Source: Podospora anserina
Lineage: Eukaryota
Assembly (NCBI GenBank): GCA_017654855.1
Contig: CM030333.1
Span: forward strand, 4,650,001-4,714,000
Length of the DNA: 64,000 nt
Reading direction: 5' to 3'
The notes beneath the pieces are model-generated. The model did no database searches. It was not told the origin of the DNA and was given only the letters and a program-made list of their open reading frames with translations. The position numbers and the translations under genes were made by a program. Shown one piece after another: positions 11,554-25,300 of this stretch (the first letter of the stretch is position 1; the number at the start of each line of letters is the position of its first letter).

Positions 11554-12904
11554 TCACTTCCTCAAGACGGCATCATAGAAGCTCACCAGCCCACCGACTG
11601 CTGTGCCGACAAGCACACCCTTCCACCCCGAGTAGACAGCCCCGTTGATTCTCCCAACGTTCACTGGGTCAATCAGGCCGCCAAAGGTGACTCCCTGCGC
11701 GTAGACCACATACGTCGCCAAAGCCTTGACGATGCTGAATGTCAACGGATCAACTGCGTACTCCTGTCCGACGTCCTTTCTTGGCCTGCCCCGTGTGGCC
11801 ACAGCCGGTCCAGAAGACGAGTGCGCGGCCGAGAGATTGAAGAAATAGCCAAACAGACTGGGGAGGAGGAACGACGTCAAGAACCACGTAAGCGCCGGGC
11901 CCCAAAATGACGCCGTCACCAAAGCAAACATATCCGGGAGCTTGACGGGATGATCATGCGTGCCCAAAAGGTTGATTGCCGGAATAGTAAACGCATAGCG
12001 GTCTGGTAGGAGTTCTTGGCGGAGCTTGTAGAGCTCAAACAGGGCGATCGTCGACAGAACAGAGTGAACCGTCGAAAGCCATTCTCTCGTTTGGTGCGTC
12101 GCCTCGGGGATCTTGGACTCGAAGTAAAGCGTGTTAAGCCTGGTCTTAACGAGAGCCGTGGAACGCTCCACCGAAGCGGCAACGTCTGCTGGGGTGGCAG
12201 GAAGTTGGGGAAGGCGAGCGGCGAGGCTGAGGGCGCGGCCCGGGGTGCGAACGAGGGCGGTGGAGAGGGATTCAGATTCATCTTCAGGACCCTCCGGAGA
12301 AGTAGCCGGCGATGGGGAAGCAGACTCGGCGGGACTGCGAGGGGTGGTTAGCTACACCAAAGACAAGAGTCAGACAAGGAGGAACATACTCGACCACAAC
12401 CTCCTCTTTGACCGGCAAGGTCTGCCGCCTCTTGGCAACTGTCTTGGTCACAGTCGCATCCAAAGTCACAGAAGGAAACTCCCGCTTCACCGGCGAGTTC
12501 TCTGAACGCGCGCGACTGCTGAAGTACCCCTTCAACTTGGGGTGGGCCTGAAACCGCGCCGGGCTGGCGCTGACGAACTCGTCGATGGCCTGCTCGAGAT
12601 CCGACTTGAGAAGCTTCTCATAGCTGTGAAGGAGGGGGCGCGCGTGTTAGCCATGTCGCGTCATCGCGAGAGGGGGCGTCAGATAAGTTAAAGTGGAATG
12701 CGCTCGGCCAGTGCGTTGCATGCGCGCACGCGCAAAGTGCCAGTGAGGATAAGATAGGGCAAGTCCATCCCTTGCGTGTGCATCTGAACAGTGTATATAT
12801 GATGATAGAGAGAGTAAAACATACTTTGTGAGCCCGATCGCATCCGCCAGATCAACGAGATCCGACTTGCGCTGGCGCGACAGCCATCCGTTTCCGCTAG
12901 ACAT
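11554..12904 (-). CDS. Conserved fungal membrane protein, Gtt3-like (N-terminal WLSRQRKSDL helical motif, C-terminal TM segments)
   Basis: Exons 12904-12825, 12623-12390 and 12334-11554 splice in frame; C-terminal hydrophobic helices (FWGPALTWFLTSFLLPSLFGYFFN, VDPLTFSIVKAL, SFYDAVL). Family assigned by recall. Confidence 0.7.
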
Positions 12905-13463
12905 GTTTTTTCTTGTTCTCTCCGAGTCAAGCGATCAAAAGATATCGAGTTGGACCGCGCAAATGAAGCGATTGGGATAGGTTTCAACCTATGGGTACAA
13001 AAGCGGTGTAGGGCGAAAGATGGGGCGACAACAAGAGGGGTTACTTTTGAGTTGTTTTGTTTGTGTCGCGAAGTGGGCGGGTGGTTGTTGTTTGCAAGAT
13101 TGGGGGAGGGGAGACCGGCAGAATAGGGCAGTGTGGGGAAATGAACTGGGATGATGCCGATGGGGGGAACCACAACAACGTTGGACGGAGCTCTCGAGGA
13201 TTGTGCTCTTTTGGGCTGACGACCTCCCAAACTGGACAAAATTCGGGGGGCTGGGAGAGGATGGCCTCACTGAGGTCATCTGAGGAGGTGATGCGCTGGC
13301 CAATCAAGATTTTCTTGTTGTGACCTGTCAGCGATGGCCCTGCTTGTTGAGCTGTCAACCAGTTGGCCGGGCTATGTGCTGGTGAGGAAGTAACAACGGG
13401 GAGAGCTTTGATGAGAAATCTGGAATTATTCAGATAGTGTATATACGTTTAAACTCTGGCTCT

Positions 13464-15556
13464 CTATGACAGCTTAACATCATTGACAAACCGCTCTTTC
13501 CCTCTCTTCACTATCCTCACAGGCACATGTTTGCCCCCGTGTAACTTGAGCGTCAGGACCGACGTTGCCTTATTCAGTGTCTTTTGCGCTTTTGCCTGAG
13601 CCTTCTTGTAGAGCTCTCTTCTGGCTGCTGCGTCCATATTCTCCACCTCCCCGTCGCTCGCCCACTCGTCCACCGCGAGCTCCACACTATACTTTTGAAA
13701 AATCACCGCCAGCACAGCATTCATCTCCACCATGGCGATTCGGCGTCCCAAGCATGACCGAGGTCCATCACTGAAGGGAATGTAGCTACCCCTGACCGGC
13801 CGATAGAACGAGGCGCTGGTGTCACTCCCCTGAAAGCCGCCATAATCCACCCCATCGCCTTCCTCGTCCTTCTCATCGTCGGTTCCTGTGTTCTGAGTTT
13901 GGTACCACCTGTCGGGCAGAAAATCGTCAAGATCCGTAGGGGCGCCAGTCTTCTCTGATGATTTGGTGGGCCAAAATCGCGGGTTGCGCTGTACGCTGAC
14001 GGCCATCAGGTTACACGAAAGTCCTGAAGGTAAAACATGAGTCTTCCCCTGAGCTGTGATGGTCTGATCCGAGCTGGCCGAGACAACTTTGGGAATAAGC
14101 GTGACCGGTGGCATCAAACGGAGCGTCTCGTTGATGCAGGCACCAATGTGGCTGGCCGTCATGGCATTGATGTTCTTTTCATAGTCCCAGGTTGATGGGT
14201 CGGAGTCTCCAAACAAAGAATCGACATCCTTTTGCAGACGGCGTTGCGTGGCAGGGTTGATTGCGAGCTCGGCAATGGCGAAGTGAAGTGTGTTGGCGGT
14301 TGTTTCATGGCCGGCTACGATCATAATGAAAGCATTGCCGACGATTTCAGCGTCGTCAAGACCGGCTTGTTTAGCTTTTTCAGACGGGGAGAGGCCGTAT
14401 TTCGATTGAACGAGCTGTCCCATGATGTCCATTCCCTCCTTGGTAGATTCGCCAGCCTGGGCCTCCTTCGCCTTGTCGCGCAAGAATTCATCCATGTACT
14501 GGAGATAGTTGGCCTTGGCCTCGTAAGTGTAGCTCGCAAATTTGAAGGGTAGATGTTCTAGGACAATGTAAGTTTGTGATGATGATGATCAAGACCAAAA
14601 AATGGGCAACATACTAAGAAGAAAGTCGGGAAAAACAAGAATGGTGATAATCTTGTCCAAGGTCCGCTCAACTGATTTGGCAAAGGTGATGGAATGTCCG
14701 TCTGGAGGATCCAGACTGCCATACTTGACCAGCTTAGGGTCGGTGTCTTCAGGCATTTTCTGATTTGGCCACAATAAACGAAGGCCAAAGCCAACATAGC
14801 CGATGACATTCAGCGCCCAAGTCATGGTGTCATGCTCGAGTGTTGTGATGGTCTTGGTCGTGCCCTTGGTCTCTCCGCCCGCACCAAAGAGCTCGTCCAA
14901 CATACCACGGGTCTGGTAGATGGCCTCGGAAAAGGTGTGAGCAGCATTCTTCTCGTTGAAACTGGCACTCGTAACCTTCCGGTGTAGCCTCCAGGTCTGA
15001 GCTTCGGTGGTGAGAACATTGTGACCAAACATGCTGAGAAGACTGTATTTGTCAATGTCCTTGGGAAAGGCCTCACGACGCTGCGTGATTCTATGAATGA
15101 CCTCGGCATCTTGAGTATACATCAAGATGTCATAAGGAGAAACAGTCAGGAATGTGTCAGTCCCAAGGTACTCGAAGACTTTCTGACCAGTTGAATAGGC
15201 CCAGTCAGGAGTCATAACCCTACATAGTGTTAGTTGAACAAACGCCTCACCCAAGACTGCTCAACTCACAGTAATCGGTACTCCCATATCCATTTTGGGA
15301 GGATCTTGATCATAGGTGACCAAATCTTGATTCCAAGCTGCCACCATAGTCCTATTGGTGAGGCATCTAGATATCTAGTGTGTCAGTGTTTGATCATGGC
15401 ACTCAAGATAGATGTCGATATCTTTCACTTACGAACCACAAAGTATTTAAGTCCCGTCTTTCGAGCAATGAGCACATTTCGCCGCCATGCCGCAAAATAA
15501 GAGAACACAGCATACGCCACTGCCGCGCTAAGCGCTGCCCATAATGTAAACAGCAT
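13464..15556 (-). CDS. Cytochrome P450 monooxygenase
   Basis: N-terminal TM anchor (MLFTLWAALSAAVAYAVF), three introns, I-helix AGHETTA, K-helix ETLR, PDRW and heme motif FSDGPRSCLG. Confidence 0.95.
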
Positions 15557-18500
15557 TCTGGGGTACACCAATTTGGTATAACAGTGGTGTCTAACGGTTC
15601 TCAGTCAAATCAAGGCCGGTGGTGAGGAAAGGGGGCAAGGGAACAAAGGTGGTCGATAGTGGGAAAGCTAGCTGGTTATTCAATGGGCCGGCCCTGGTCT
15701 AGGGAGGCGGATTTCTTCGTGTGGGCACCCCAATGGTGGTGAGTTGACGATAGGTAGGTGCTGTAAAAGAATCATGAGGGTAATTCGTGGCTCCTTTCTT
15801 GGTTCCAGTGAGACTCTGGGGTTGGCGTGACGCGTTTAGCCAATAGTTTGTGACACTGTGAAACTTGATCTGGTTCCGAGGGCTCGATGGCACGGTGGAA
15901 GGAGGTGCAAGAGGGCTCGTGGTTGGTGAGAGGATCGGGGAAAGTGTGGCAGGGCCCCCACTTTATCAGCTTGGGAACTTCAGGGCCGGGAAAGTTCCCG
16001 TCCGAAGCATTTTCTTTGGGAGATCGACAATGGAAGCGACTTCAAATATGAATAGCCCGCACCTTCATCAACCCTCCAATGGCTGGACCTCTCGGGTTCG
16101 GATTCGAAATTTGGGGGTCAACTGCCCTGAAACGTATCTCTGCCGCTTGGACGCTTTCCAGTCCCCGTCATCGAGCCAACGGCTGTCGAGTGCATATGTC
16201 ACTGATATCGGTTTGCGGTCTCGCATTCCGGAATCTTTCATGTCTCGGCAGTAAGCCAATTCACCTCAGCAAGCTCATCATCAGCCATTCTCGACACCCC
16301 GACGCTGTCGTGCCGTCGTGCTCATGAATGATTGATGAGACAAGCCCCGCCCCCTGACGAACCTGTCCACTGGAGAACGATCCACAGCGGGAATCTTGCG
16401 CCAGGGCTGTTTAAGTTGGCGCAAATCTCAACAATATCGCCAAGACTGTCCATTTCTGGAACATCACATCTTCAACTGCACTTCAGAACTCGACTGCCTC
16501 CAGCTTCGATATTCAATATATGTACATCTCGAAGCTCCGACCAATGCGACATACAAATGCCCCGAGGCATGGTTACATTCTGCAACACCATCCAGCGCAC
16601 GTGGGGAAAGAAGACTGCAATTGTTGTTCATGTCTGACAATAATATTCTTGTTCCAAGATACTGCACACACCTGTGCCGCCATCTGTCCCAAGATTGATG
16701 CAAACATCGGCTGCACCCGTCCCAGTTACACAAACACCATCTGATAATCTGCAAGCAACGCTGGGCACAATTCTCCATTGGGGCCCTGCCACACCTCCCA
16801 TCGAACAAATCTGCAAAGCTAAAATCAACCTCCTCTGTCGATATGGTCGAGCCGTGTCAGCCGTACCGCCGTGGTCCACAGTAAGCCACCACAAAACGGC
16901 CGAGCAGCCACCGAAACGGTCACCCTCTTTACAAAGGTAGTCAGAGCCTGGTCCCTACTTTCTAAAAGGCGTACCGGTACCTATGACTTCCCAGCCTAGA
17001 ACCCTGCCCTTCCCCAGATTTGCGGCATATGAAGGACAGGCCAACCTTGTCAACCACCCCCACCATCTTTCCCTCTTCGCCAGGGCTCATCCCTCCCCCG
17101 GGCCCAGCTCCCGACTCATCGATCGACTCCCCTTGGCAGTTGATGAGTGCTCATCTGGACTGAGGAGGATCTGTCCGGTGTTTGGAAACAAACGATGGTG
17201 GGAGGTCTGATCTTGAGTGGCAAGGCCCCGAGATCAGGCTTGCGGATGGGATGTCAGTTGGGCGCGAGTCAGGCTTCTCACTGGTGTGAGATGATAGTGG
17301 CCGACACTTCCAGCTTAGCTTGATGCTATCAAGGCTGACTTGCACCAATACCTCACACCTGCTGCTGATTTGCCAGATCCAAACCTTGACTACAGACGTA
17401 CCTGCATCCACACCTTGGCCCCCGCATCTAGATAACCGTCTCATGATGACGTCTCATATCAGCCAAAGCTTCCAGCCCAGACGGGATCATGCCCATCTCA
17501 GAAGTCAGAGCGGGATGGCAAGTGACCAGAGCCCACACAGTGTCCAGCTTTCGGTGGGCCATCTCATGAAGGTGAGGGAGTCATCCAAGGAGCTGGCATC
17601 CGGAGAGGGCAGACGTGGATCTGAACTGGGGCCGTTGTTGAGGAGGGTTTGAAGTCATTCCTCTGCTACGTGAGCCCTCTGGTTCCTACAGTTGGGCTTC
17701 ATACACGGGGCTTTCGTTTGTTGACGATATACTTAATGCGAGGGATCCTGTGCTCATTGCTACACTGGAACCTCATCCAAGAACCTTGTGCAGGTTTGAT
17801 ATGCCCGCAGAGTCTGCTGCTAGGTATTGAATGATGTACGGCTGGATCTCTGGCACCAAACAACATACAAAGGCCTTTGTAACAGAATCTTCCAAAGCAT
17901 CTCCCTCCGGCTCTCCCCCTGCTCTTCCCATTTTGGTCTTCCGCCTGTTCAAGGGAGATAAGTGGCTTTCGGCGCAGGGGAGCGCCGGTGTATTCGTAAC
18001 TCCAGTGATATTGAGCTGTCCTTTTGGGAATCCGTGAGGAGTAGACGCGGGGGTTGTACTCGTGTGTTTCTGGGGATTGGCAGTTGGTGTTGGAAGTGAC
18101 AAGTGGAAGAGGTGAGGGGTGGGTAGGAGAATACCTGGTTTTAAAGGAGCAATATCATCATTGAATCCCCTCATCCTAAGTAATTTGGGCATATAGTCTT
18201 GTCAAATCTCTGGTCATTTGGCCACTCTTTTGCTGCTGAATTTGCCCCTTCAATGCCCCAACTTTGGTGGCCTTGTGATATACGAGATAAGGATCCTAAC
18301 ACCCGACCACTTCTCTCAAATCAAATCTGTAGTCCATTACGAGAAGAGATCCATGCGGGCCAACAAAAAGCTGGGCTGGCCGCATAAAGATAGAAGCCTG
18401 TTTTGGCCCGTCTTGGGATGACATTCACCGATGACATGGAGATTTACATTTCCCATAAGTCACAGCACGAGAAAAATCACTGGAATCAACACCTCAGTTC

Positions 18501-19235
18501 AAATTGTCACATATCTCACATCTCCACCCACCAAAACCACACAAAAGAAAAACAAGGATATCTCTTTAATATATATTACACGAACCTCCTCCCTTTTTAT
18601 CTTGTTTCTCTGGACTACCGCCACCCTCACAGTCCCATTTCGGAAAAGACAAGACCCTCTGACCACCTATCCCATCCCAAAAGCAAATGACCGACCTCAT
18701 TAACGTAATCTTCTCTCCCTGTCCCTACCCGTCTCTACTATTCGTCCCGTGTGTTGTATCAAACACAACAGCCCATCCCATAAAAGCTATAAACCTCCTC
18801 AATTGAACTCCGACCCGTCACCTTCCAGTTCTGTGATCCCTATACCATGTTTGCCGAACTTTTTATGAGCGCGCCGAAAGACAAACTGAACTGGAAAAAA
18901 CTGGAAAACGATGAACGAGATGTAGCGAGCCGATTGAAAGGACCGAGAAAAGAAAGGCAGAGAAAGGCATGGCGGGTATAATTGAGAGTGAGGGAAAAGA
19001 GAAATAACCGAGAAATACCGATACCAAAACCGTCGCCGTGAAATGAAATAAAGACAAGGCAATGTGATGAAGGGAAGATGCGCGAAAATGCTAGTAATTC
19101 TTTGCGAGCCGGCACGCAGGGTACTGGCACTTCACGAAACCCCAGATAGTGTTGGTGCTTGTGACTATGCTTTGTATGACGATACTGCCGCACTAAGCAT
19201 GATGGAATAAACTCGGATGTTGGAGGCGTGGATCA

Positions 19236-22200
19236 TCACTGGTGTGAACCAGCAGATCCAGGGGTGGAACCAGGGGCAGCATAAGCCCCTCCATCCTGAC
19301 TGCCATGCTGTGATGGAACCATGCTCGCACGGCGAGCAGGAGCCGGAGCCAGCTGGGATGAGCCAAACGGACTGCCCAAAACGTTCGCGGACGCATGGCG
19401 GGGATCGGGCAGCACGTTTACACCAGACATGGCTGGGATAGTGGGCGTTTGGTAACCCGACCAGCGAGGCTCATAGCCATACGTTGGGGCCGGAGCTGGG
19501 GCCGAAGCTGGGACCGTTTGGTTCACGCCCGAGGATGTGTACCCCGTGGTGCCATACACCGGACTGCTGTGGTTGCGAACATGCTTAATGTTGGAACTGT
19601 GGAAGGCCGAGCCGGGGTTGGAGTGCTGGTTTCGTTGATTGTAGCTATAGCTGCTGTAATCATTTGCACGGTACCCATTGTTGGAAGCGCGAAAGTCAGA
19701 CCCGCTGGATGTAAAGTTATTCATCGGAGCAGGAGCGGGTTGGTAGCCCGAGAAGCTGTTGCTAGGATAACCAGACGCAGCAGGGTAGTTGGATGTTGCG
19801 ACTGGGTAAGCAGGAGTTGAATACCCCTGGGAGAAGGTTGGAGTGGCCCACTGGTTGAAGCTAGCATCTGAAACAGATCGCTGGTGCCCAGAGCGGCGGC
19901 CAAAGTCCAATTCATAGATGCCGTTTCGATCGTAATTGGAAGCACTGCCGTATTGAGGAACTGTCCGGTTGGTCTGAGCATCATATCGCTGCGTATTGTA
20001 TGTCGGCAGAGATGCTTGGTTGGAAGTGCCGGTGCGAGAGTCATACTGAGTGGTGCTTTGAGACAACGTTGGTTCCAGGGTGCGCGGGCTATCGTAAGTG
20101 CGTGCCGTCACATCTGTGTCCCTGGGTACTGGGGGATAAGTAGGGTTGGGATTTCGTTCGAATGTGAATTCAGACCGAGGTGGCCTGGAAAAGTCGTGCT
20201 CGGGCGAAAGGGTGCTGGGTTGGCTAGCTCTACGAGGAGCTGCCGCAGCTCGGGGAGCAGACGTCCTTAACGCGGCACCACTGGACTGTGTGCGTCTGTG
20301 AGCCGAGCTTGTCTTGGCCTTTGTCTTCTTCGCTGTGTGAGCGCCTTCAATGTTTGGGAGAAGCTCAATATCCGGGACAGCAGAAAGAAGGCCGGCGTCC
20401 ATGTCATTGTCAATGCGTCGGAGAATGTCAAGGACTTCAAGCGTGCTGTAGCCACCACGACACAAGCCCTGATACCAATCAGGGACAGGCACCGAGGATG
20501 CCTGGTGGATAGCCGCATCAAGATCAGGCTCATCGGCGTCATCCATCTCATCTTCCTCCGCCTCGGCATCGGCCCGGGTGCGCTTCTTGGATCCCTTTCT
20601 TTTCCCCTTGTCGGCGTCATCGATCCGTTTCGCCTCGCGGCGCCTGACAGCAACCGTCCAATCCTTCAAGATGCCGTCCTTGCCGCTCCTCTCATTGTCG
20701 TTACTCCAGACCTGAATACGCACAACCTGGATGATAATCCTTTGAAGTAAGGTTGATTGATAGTTCATGTCAGATCGATATCTCGCTCGTTGATAGTGCT
20801 TGCGGCACACCATCAGCCAGACATGGTCAGGAACGGCACGGGTGCATGATTTGTTTCTGCCAAAAATATGGGACATGGACTTGCGCATGTTAATCTTGGC
20901 GTCAGGGAGTGTGCAGGGCGTCATGACGGAGCATTCAGGAGGCTTGTCAATGTCGAGCATCCGAACACACTCGGTATGATCCTGGCAAACGTCAGGGACG
21001 AGGTAGTTGTATAGATCTGGTCCGATCCAGAACCGGCCGACGGTGCCAGGAGGCCCGACGGGCAAATTAGGTTCGGATGCCACTCGCCGGTGAGGAATGA
21101 CTGTGTCTTCATTGTTTTCGTAGGAAAGAAGATCGTGAGCGCTGAAAAAGATCTTGTTAGCATTGGAGTATATCTAAGGAGGGTTGTGAGACGTGACGTC
21201 ACCAGCCAATCAGAAATAAAGATCTTATCTCTGATCACTGGCGCACAGATACCCACAAAATGACGAAAGGCCAAGAAATTGTGGCAGAAACCAGTGGGTC
21301 ATTTTCCGCCATTTGCAGGGGCTAACCGCTGCGACGGTAACGGCCGTGCATATTGCCAAGCTCACTGAGCTCTGGCCGTTGAGATATTTGGGTGATAGGG
21401 GGTTTTCGACGATAATGTCGGCGTGGTAGATGATGTGGCAGGACTTGGGAGGAATTGGGAGGAATTGGGAGGAATTGGGAGGAACTGAGGAAAAGATAAA
21501 ACATGTAGTAAGTCAACGTACCTATTCAAGCTCACGTTTGAGTTTGACTGCCCGCGACGGGGGATGATAACGTCGCTGGGTGACTGAGCTCGAAGGGGCA
21601 ATACCTGATTGTGACCGCGGGTTGTGTTGTTATTGTTGCCATTGAAACCGATAGCAGCGGAGCGGTAATTGTCGCTGTGGTTCTCGAGCTTGACACGAGG
21701 CGAAGTCTGAACATCTTCGTCCTCGTCAATATTGGTGAGGTCAACCTGTTCGGTCGCCATGTCCAGATTCCGATGACTGGGACTTGTTCGAAGATCAGGT
21801 GGTTGATGAAATTGATACTGGGCCGATGACCAAGAATCTGATTTGTTCGGGTGCCTGGAGAAAAGTGATGAAGTACGGGAAAAGTCCGAAGCTGTGGTTG
21901 TGGCAGAGGTGAAGGAAGAAAGGGAACTCCTCGACAGAGAGAATTTATGGCCTGGGGAGCTGGGGCTGGCAGGTGGTGACTGACAGGCGGGCCTTGGGCA
22001 TTCACCACTAGTTGGGATAGACTTGGGATCAATACTCAAAGACAATGGTAATGAATAGCCTCCAGCGTCCCACGGCGTGCGATTCCTGTGATTGGTAACG
22101 GCCACGCTCTCGTTGGGAGAGTCGGACCCACTTCTTTGCGAAGTTGCTCTGCTGCCGGGTGGTGACGGAGTGTTGGGAACTGCCGTAGAGGTTGCCGTGG

Positions 22201-22384
22201 TCTCGCCCGTGGCAGAAGGGGTTGAACTGTCGATAGAGTCCCTCCGGTGCGTTTCTCCTTGCTGTGTTCCGTGAAGCGCTCCTTCAAACCCTCCTTGTAG
22301 CCCAACTGGAAGACCTCCCTGGATTCCTCCTTGTAGTCTTCCTCCTACCCCACACGATACGTTCAATAGCGATGTGACGTCCAT
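19236..22384 (-). CDS. Fungal ORP1-like protein of unknown function (S/P-rich disordered ends around a Cys/His-rich conserved core)
   Basis: Exon 1 22384-21522 (MDVTSLLN...), intron 21521-21142 (GTACGT..CTAAC..CAG), exon 2 in frame with ORF 19236-21083. Core RKSMSHIFGRNKSCTRAVPDHVWLMVCRKHYQRARYR..PDIELLP matches a conserved ascomycete family (recalled). Confidence 0.75.
21445..21484. repeat. 10-bp tandem repeat (TTGGGAGGAA) x4 inside an intron
   Basis: Directly visible in the intron of the ORP1-like gene. Confidence 0.95.
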
Positions 22385-25300
22385 TTTGTAGATGGCTGAG
22401 ACGGGCCTCAGGCAGCCATTCGAGGAAACCCTGTTCACCCGACACGCCCCAATGCTTCGTTCGACCAACCAGTTGGCCCTCCCTAATCTCTCAGGGACAA
22501 GATGGAAGCTCCGTCTAAGCTCAGGTCTCCGCCCTGTGTGACCTTCAGTTCAAGATAGCGAGCTAGCGTGTTCCGAAAACGAACGAGACCTCTGAGTAAC
22601 AACTGGAACCTTGACGGCTGGTGCGTGGTCCTGCCCTCGGCTGACTCTGCAAAATGCCACTCGATCCCCTCGGCTCAGTAATCGTCCGCAAGATTACCGG
22701 CTATTTCGGCTCCGATATCGTCGGGCACAGTTGTCAAGCGTGATCCCCGGGTCCGTCACGTAACCAAACAATGAAACCACCCTTTCCCAAATGACGTTTC
22801 AAAATTCCACCAAGATAACTGACTTCAGCTTGAAGTCGTCCAAAGACCTGCGTTTCGATGTCGAGAGTCCCGCTTTGATGGCCGTCCCTGGCAGTTTCCT
22901 TTGGGCCTGTTTCCTTTACCGACACGCCGACCTGTGGATGATTGATCGAGTCCCAGACAAACGCAGGACTCAACCGATCGTGCTCAATAATAAGGCAAGG
23001 ATACACGACTGTTGCTGATGTTGCGTCGCTTTTCTTAACCCCGTCAGGTTGTGTTGCCGCGCTCGCTCTTGTTCTCGCCACCGCTGTCGTCCTCGTCGAT
23101 ACGAAACTGTCACCACAATAAAGACTTGCTTCCGATGTGGTGATCTATAGGGCGAAGAAGGTTCGGAACCAGCAGCCAGGCGAGCTAGACGGGTGGTCCT
23201 CCACCTTATGTTCTCCAGACGGCTCGGCACAAGCGAATATCTGCCCCACGCCGCGGGCGCGGACAAGCTTATCGAAGGGATCGACGTTTGAGACTCGCAC
23301 TGACAGTCCCACAGACAGTTTGATGGGACCCGAAACACCTTGGATCCAGGCACTGAAGAATGGAAGTCGGGTAGCTAGCTCAGGGTTGACAAGGAGGGGG
23401 GGGAGGAAACATTTGGCAGCCAACAGCCCCTCCAAGAAATCTGTAACAGGTATGAGTGGATCGAAACAAAATATAGCAACTTCGCGAGCTGACACTGACT
23501 TGGTAAACAGGTGGACACAAGAAAATAGCTCAAAAGAACCCGCTCCAAGAAACCCGAAGAGCCAACCGGCGGCCGTCTGTCGTCCAGCTCGATCACGATA
23601 CGAAGCCAAGCGAACAGACGAGTGTCAAGAGAACAGCACCAGAGCTGTCGCCGCGTCTCAAGACAGAGGTCGACCAAGATCAGACGGACCGTATAATGTC
23701 GAAGTGGTGATGCCGGGTGTTGGATGGCACCAGTGGTTGCCGAGGCAAGAGGGAGAAAAGGGAAGGAATGAGCTGGTCGCAACAGCTTGGTTGAGCAAAA
23801 GGAAACAACAAGAACAAGTTGAGACGATTCCTTTGGCAGGACACCTCGAGCCAAAAAGAGGAATGGGGATCAATGAGGGGATAAGGCTGGCACTTGGGTG
23901 CATGAGTCGAAGACACACAGTCCAAGGACAGTACGTGTTTGAGTGCGTGGTAGGGTACATCCGGGGACAGCGACCGGGAAGACCTTGAGGGCCGCCGAAT
24001 GTCTTGCTGGGGTGCCAAAGGTGATGTCCTGTGCCCGACTGGGATCAACCAAGCAGCCATGGATCAGAGATCCGGGGCGGGCAGCACGACGCAGGCTGGC
24101 CGAAGCTCTCAGGAACGGGCAGATGACAGACCGTTGCACGGTCGGAGGGTCAGGACGGCAAGGGTTTTGCACAGAGTTTCCGTCTGCAGCGCCGCTCCCA
24201 TGCCCTTGCGCTCCCTTTGCATTGAAGAAGGTGTTAGTCGACGTTTAGGGTTCCCCACACTAGACGCAGTGGTGTAGTGTAATGGTGGTGGTGGTGGTGG
24301 TGGTGTGGTCCTGTGGATGGGACCGGGCTCGCAGATATCCCCCGAGGGGGTGTGTACGTGCTTGGCCAGCAGGTAGCTACCAGACTTTGTGGCTCCTGTC
24401 TTTCTGTGATGAATGTACAGGGTCATGGACCATGGTCCCTGATGTGGCCATCCTTGTGGAGTGCTTGGTGCGGATGCAACATGCCGCAGAGCCTTCTCAG
24501 TCATCCAGATCCCTGGTCACCCAAAGTCTTGGCTACATCCCATATGCCGACCGTTTTCAACATCGCAGAAGCCTACCCGCGCGTCAGATTGGCCCGTTCA
24601 ACATCATGGCGTCAGATATTCGTCTGAAGCGCTACACAGAGGATCACCAGGGCGAGAATCAAAACCAGTAGCTGAAGACCTTGTTGCATTCGTTGCCAAC
24701 AGGCAGAGGAAAAAACCAACACCACTCACATCTTGTTTGGTCTCGCTTTCACAGAAGCACAAAAAGACACATGGGGTTGAGACAGACTCGGAGGCTCTAA
24801 AAAGCACATGGCCCGTATCCGCATGCCCTTGATGGAGACTGCCATCTCAGGATTCGGTGTGGCGCAGCACTTTTTCCAGGATCGACAAGCTGAGACTCCG
24901 AGATGGGGCGTGAAACGTCTTGAGAAGCCATGTTTGCCAGGAGAGTGGAAGACTCGAATGAATCCAGGCACGGTTTCTCGGGTCTCTTCTTGTAACCGGA
25001 TTCATCAATTCACAAGACTGAGAGCTGTCCACGGGCATAGGCGGTCGATCCCATTGCAACGGTGCTAGTGAGAACAACAAAGAAGCTAAAGGCGCGAAAG
25101 GGGTTGCCAGAAACCCGCCGAGGCTAACGGCACCAGAGGAAGGACAGGGTTCAGCAGCGCTGGATCGAAAACGGAGCCGTTGTCGCGGCTAATTTAGCAA
25201 CCTTCTGCAGCCACACGATACCCGAAACGTCATGTTTGGGACGATGTAACCCTATCTTGAACTGGTGGAGGAGAAGGCGTGGGTGTTGATGTTGACGAAC

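Noticed and set aside
9993-15556. PhyH plus P450 as a secondary-metabolite cluster
   Set aside because: No PKS, NRPS, terpene synthase, transporter or cluster regulator in the window; neighbours are housekeeping genes.
23137-23988. 283-aa ORF in the gene-free region
   Set aside because: GTG start, no domain or codon bias, overlapped by similar random ORFs on both strands; cannot be supported as a gene.
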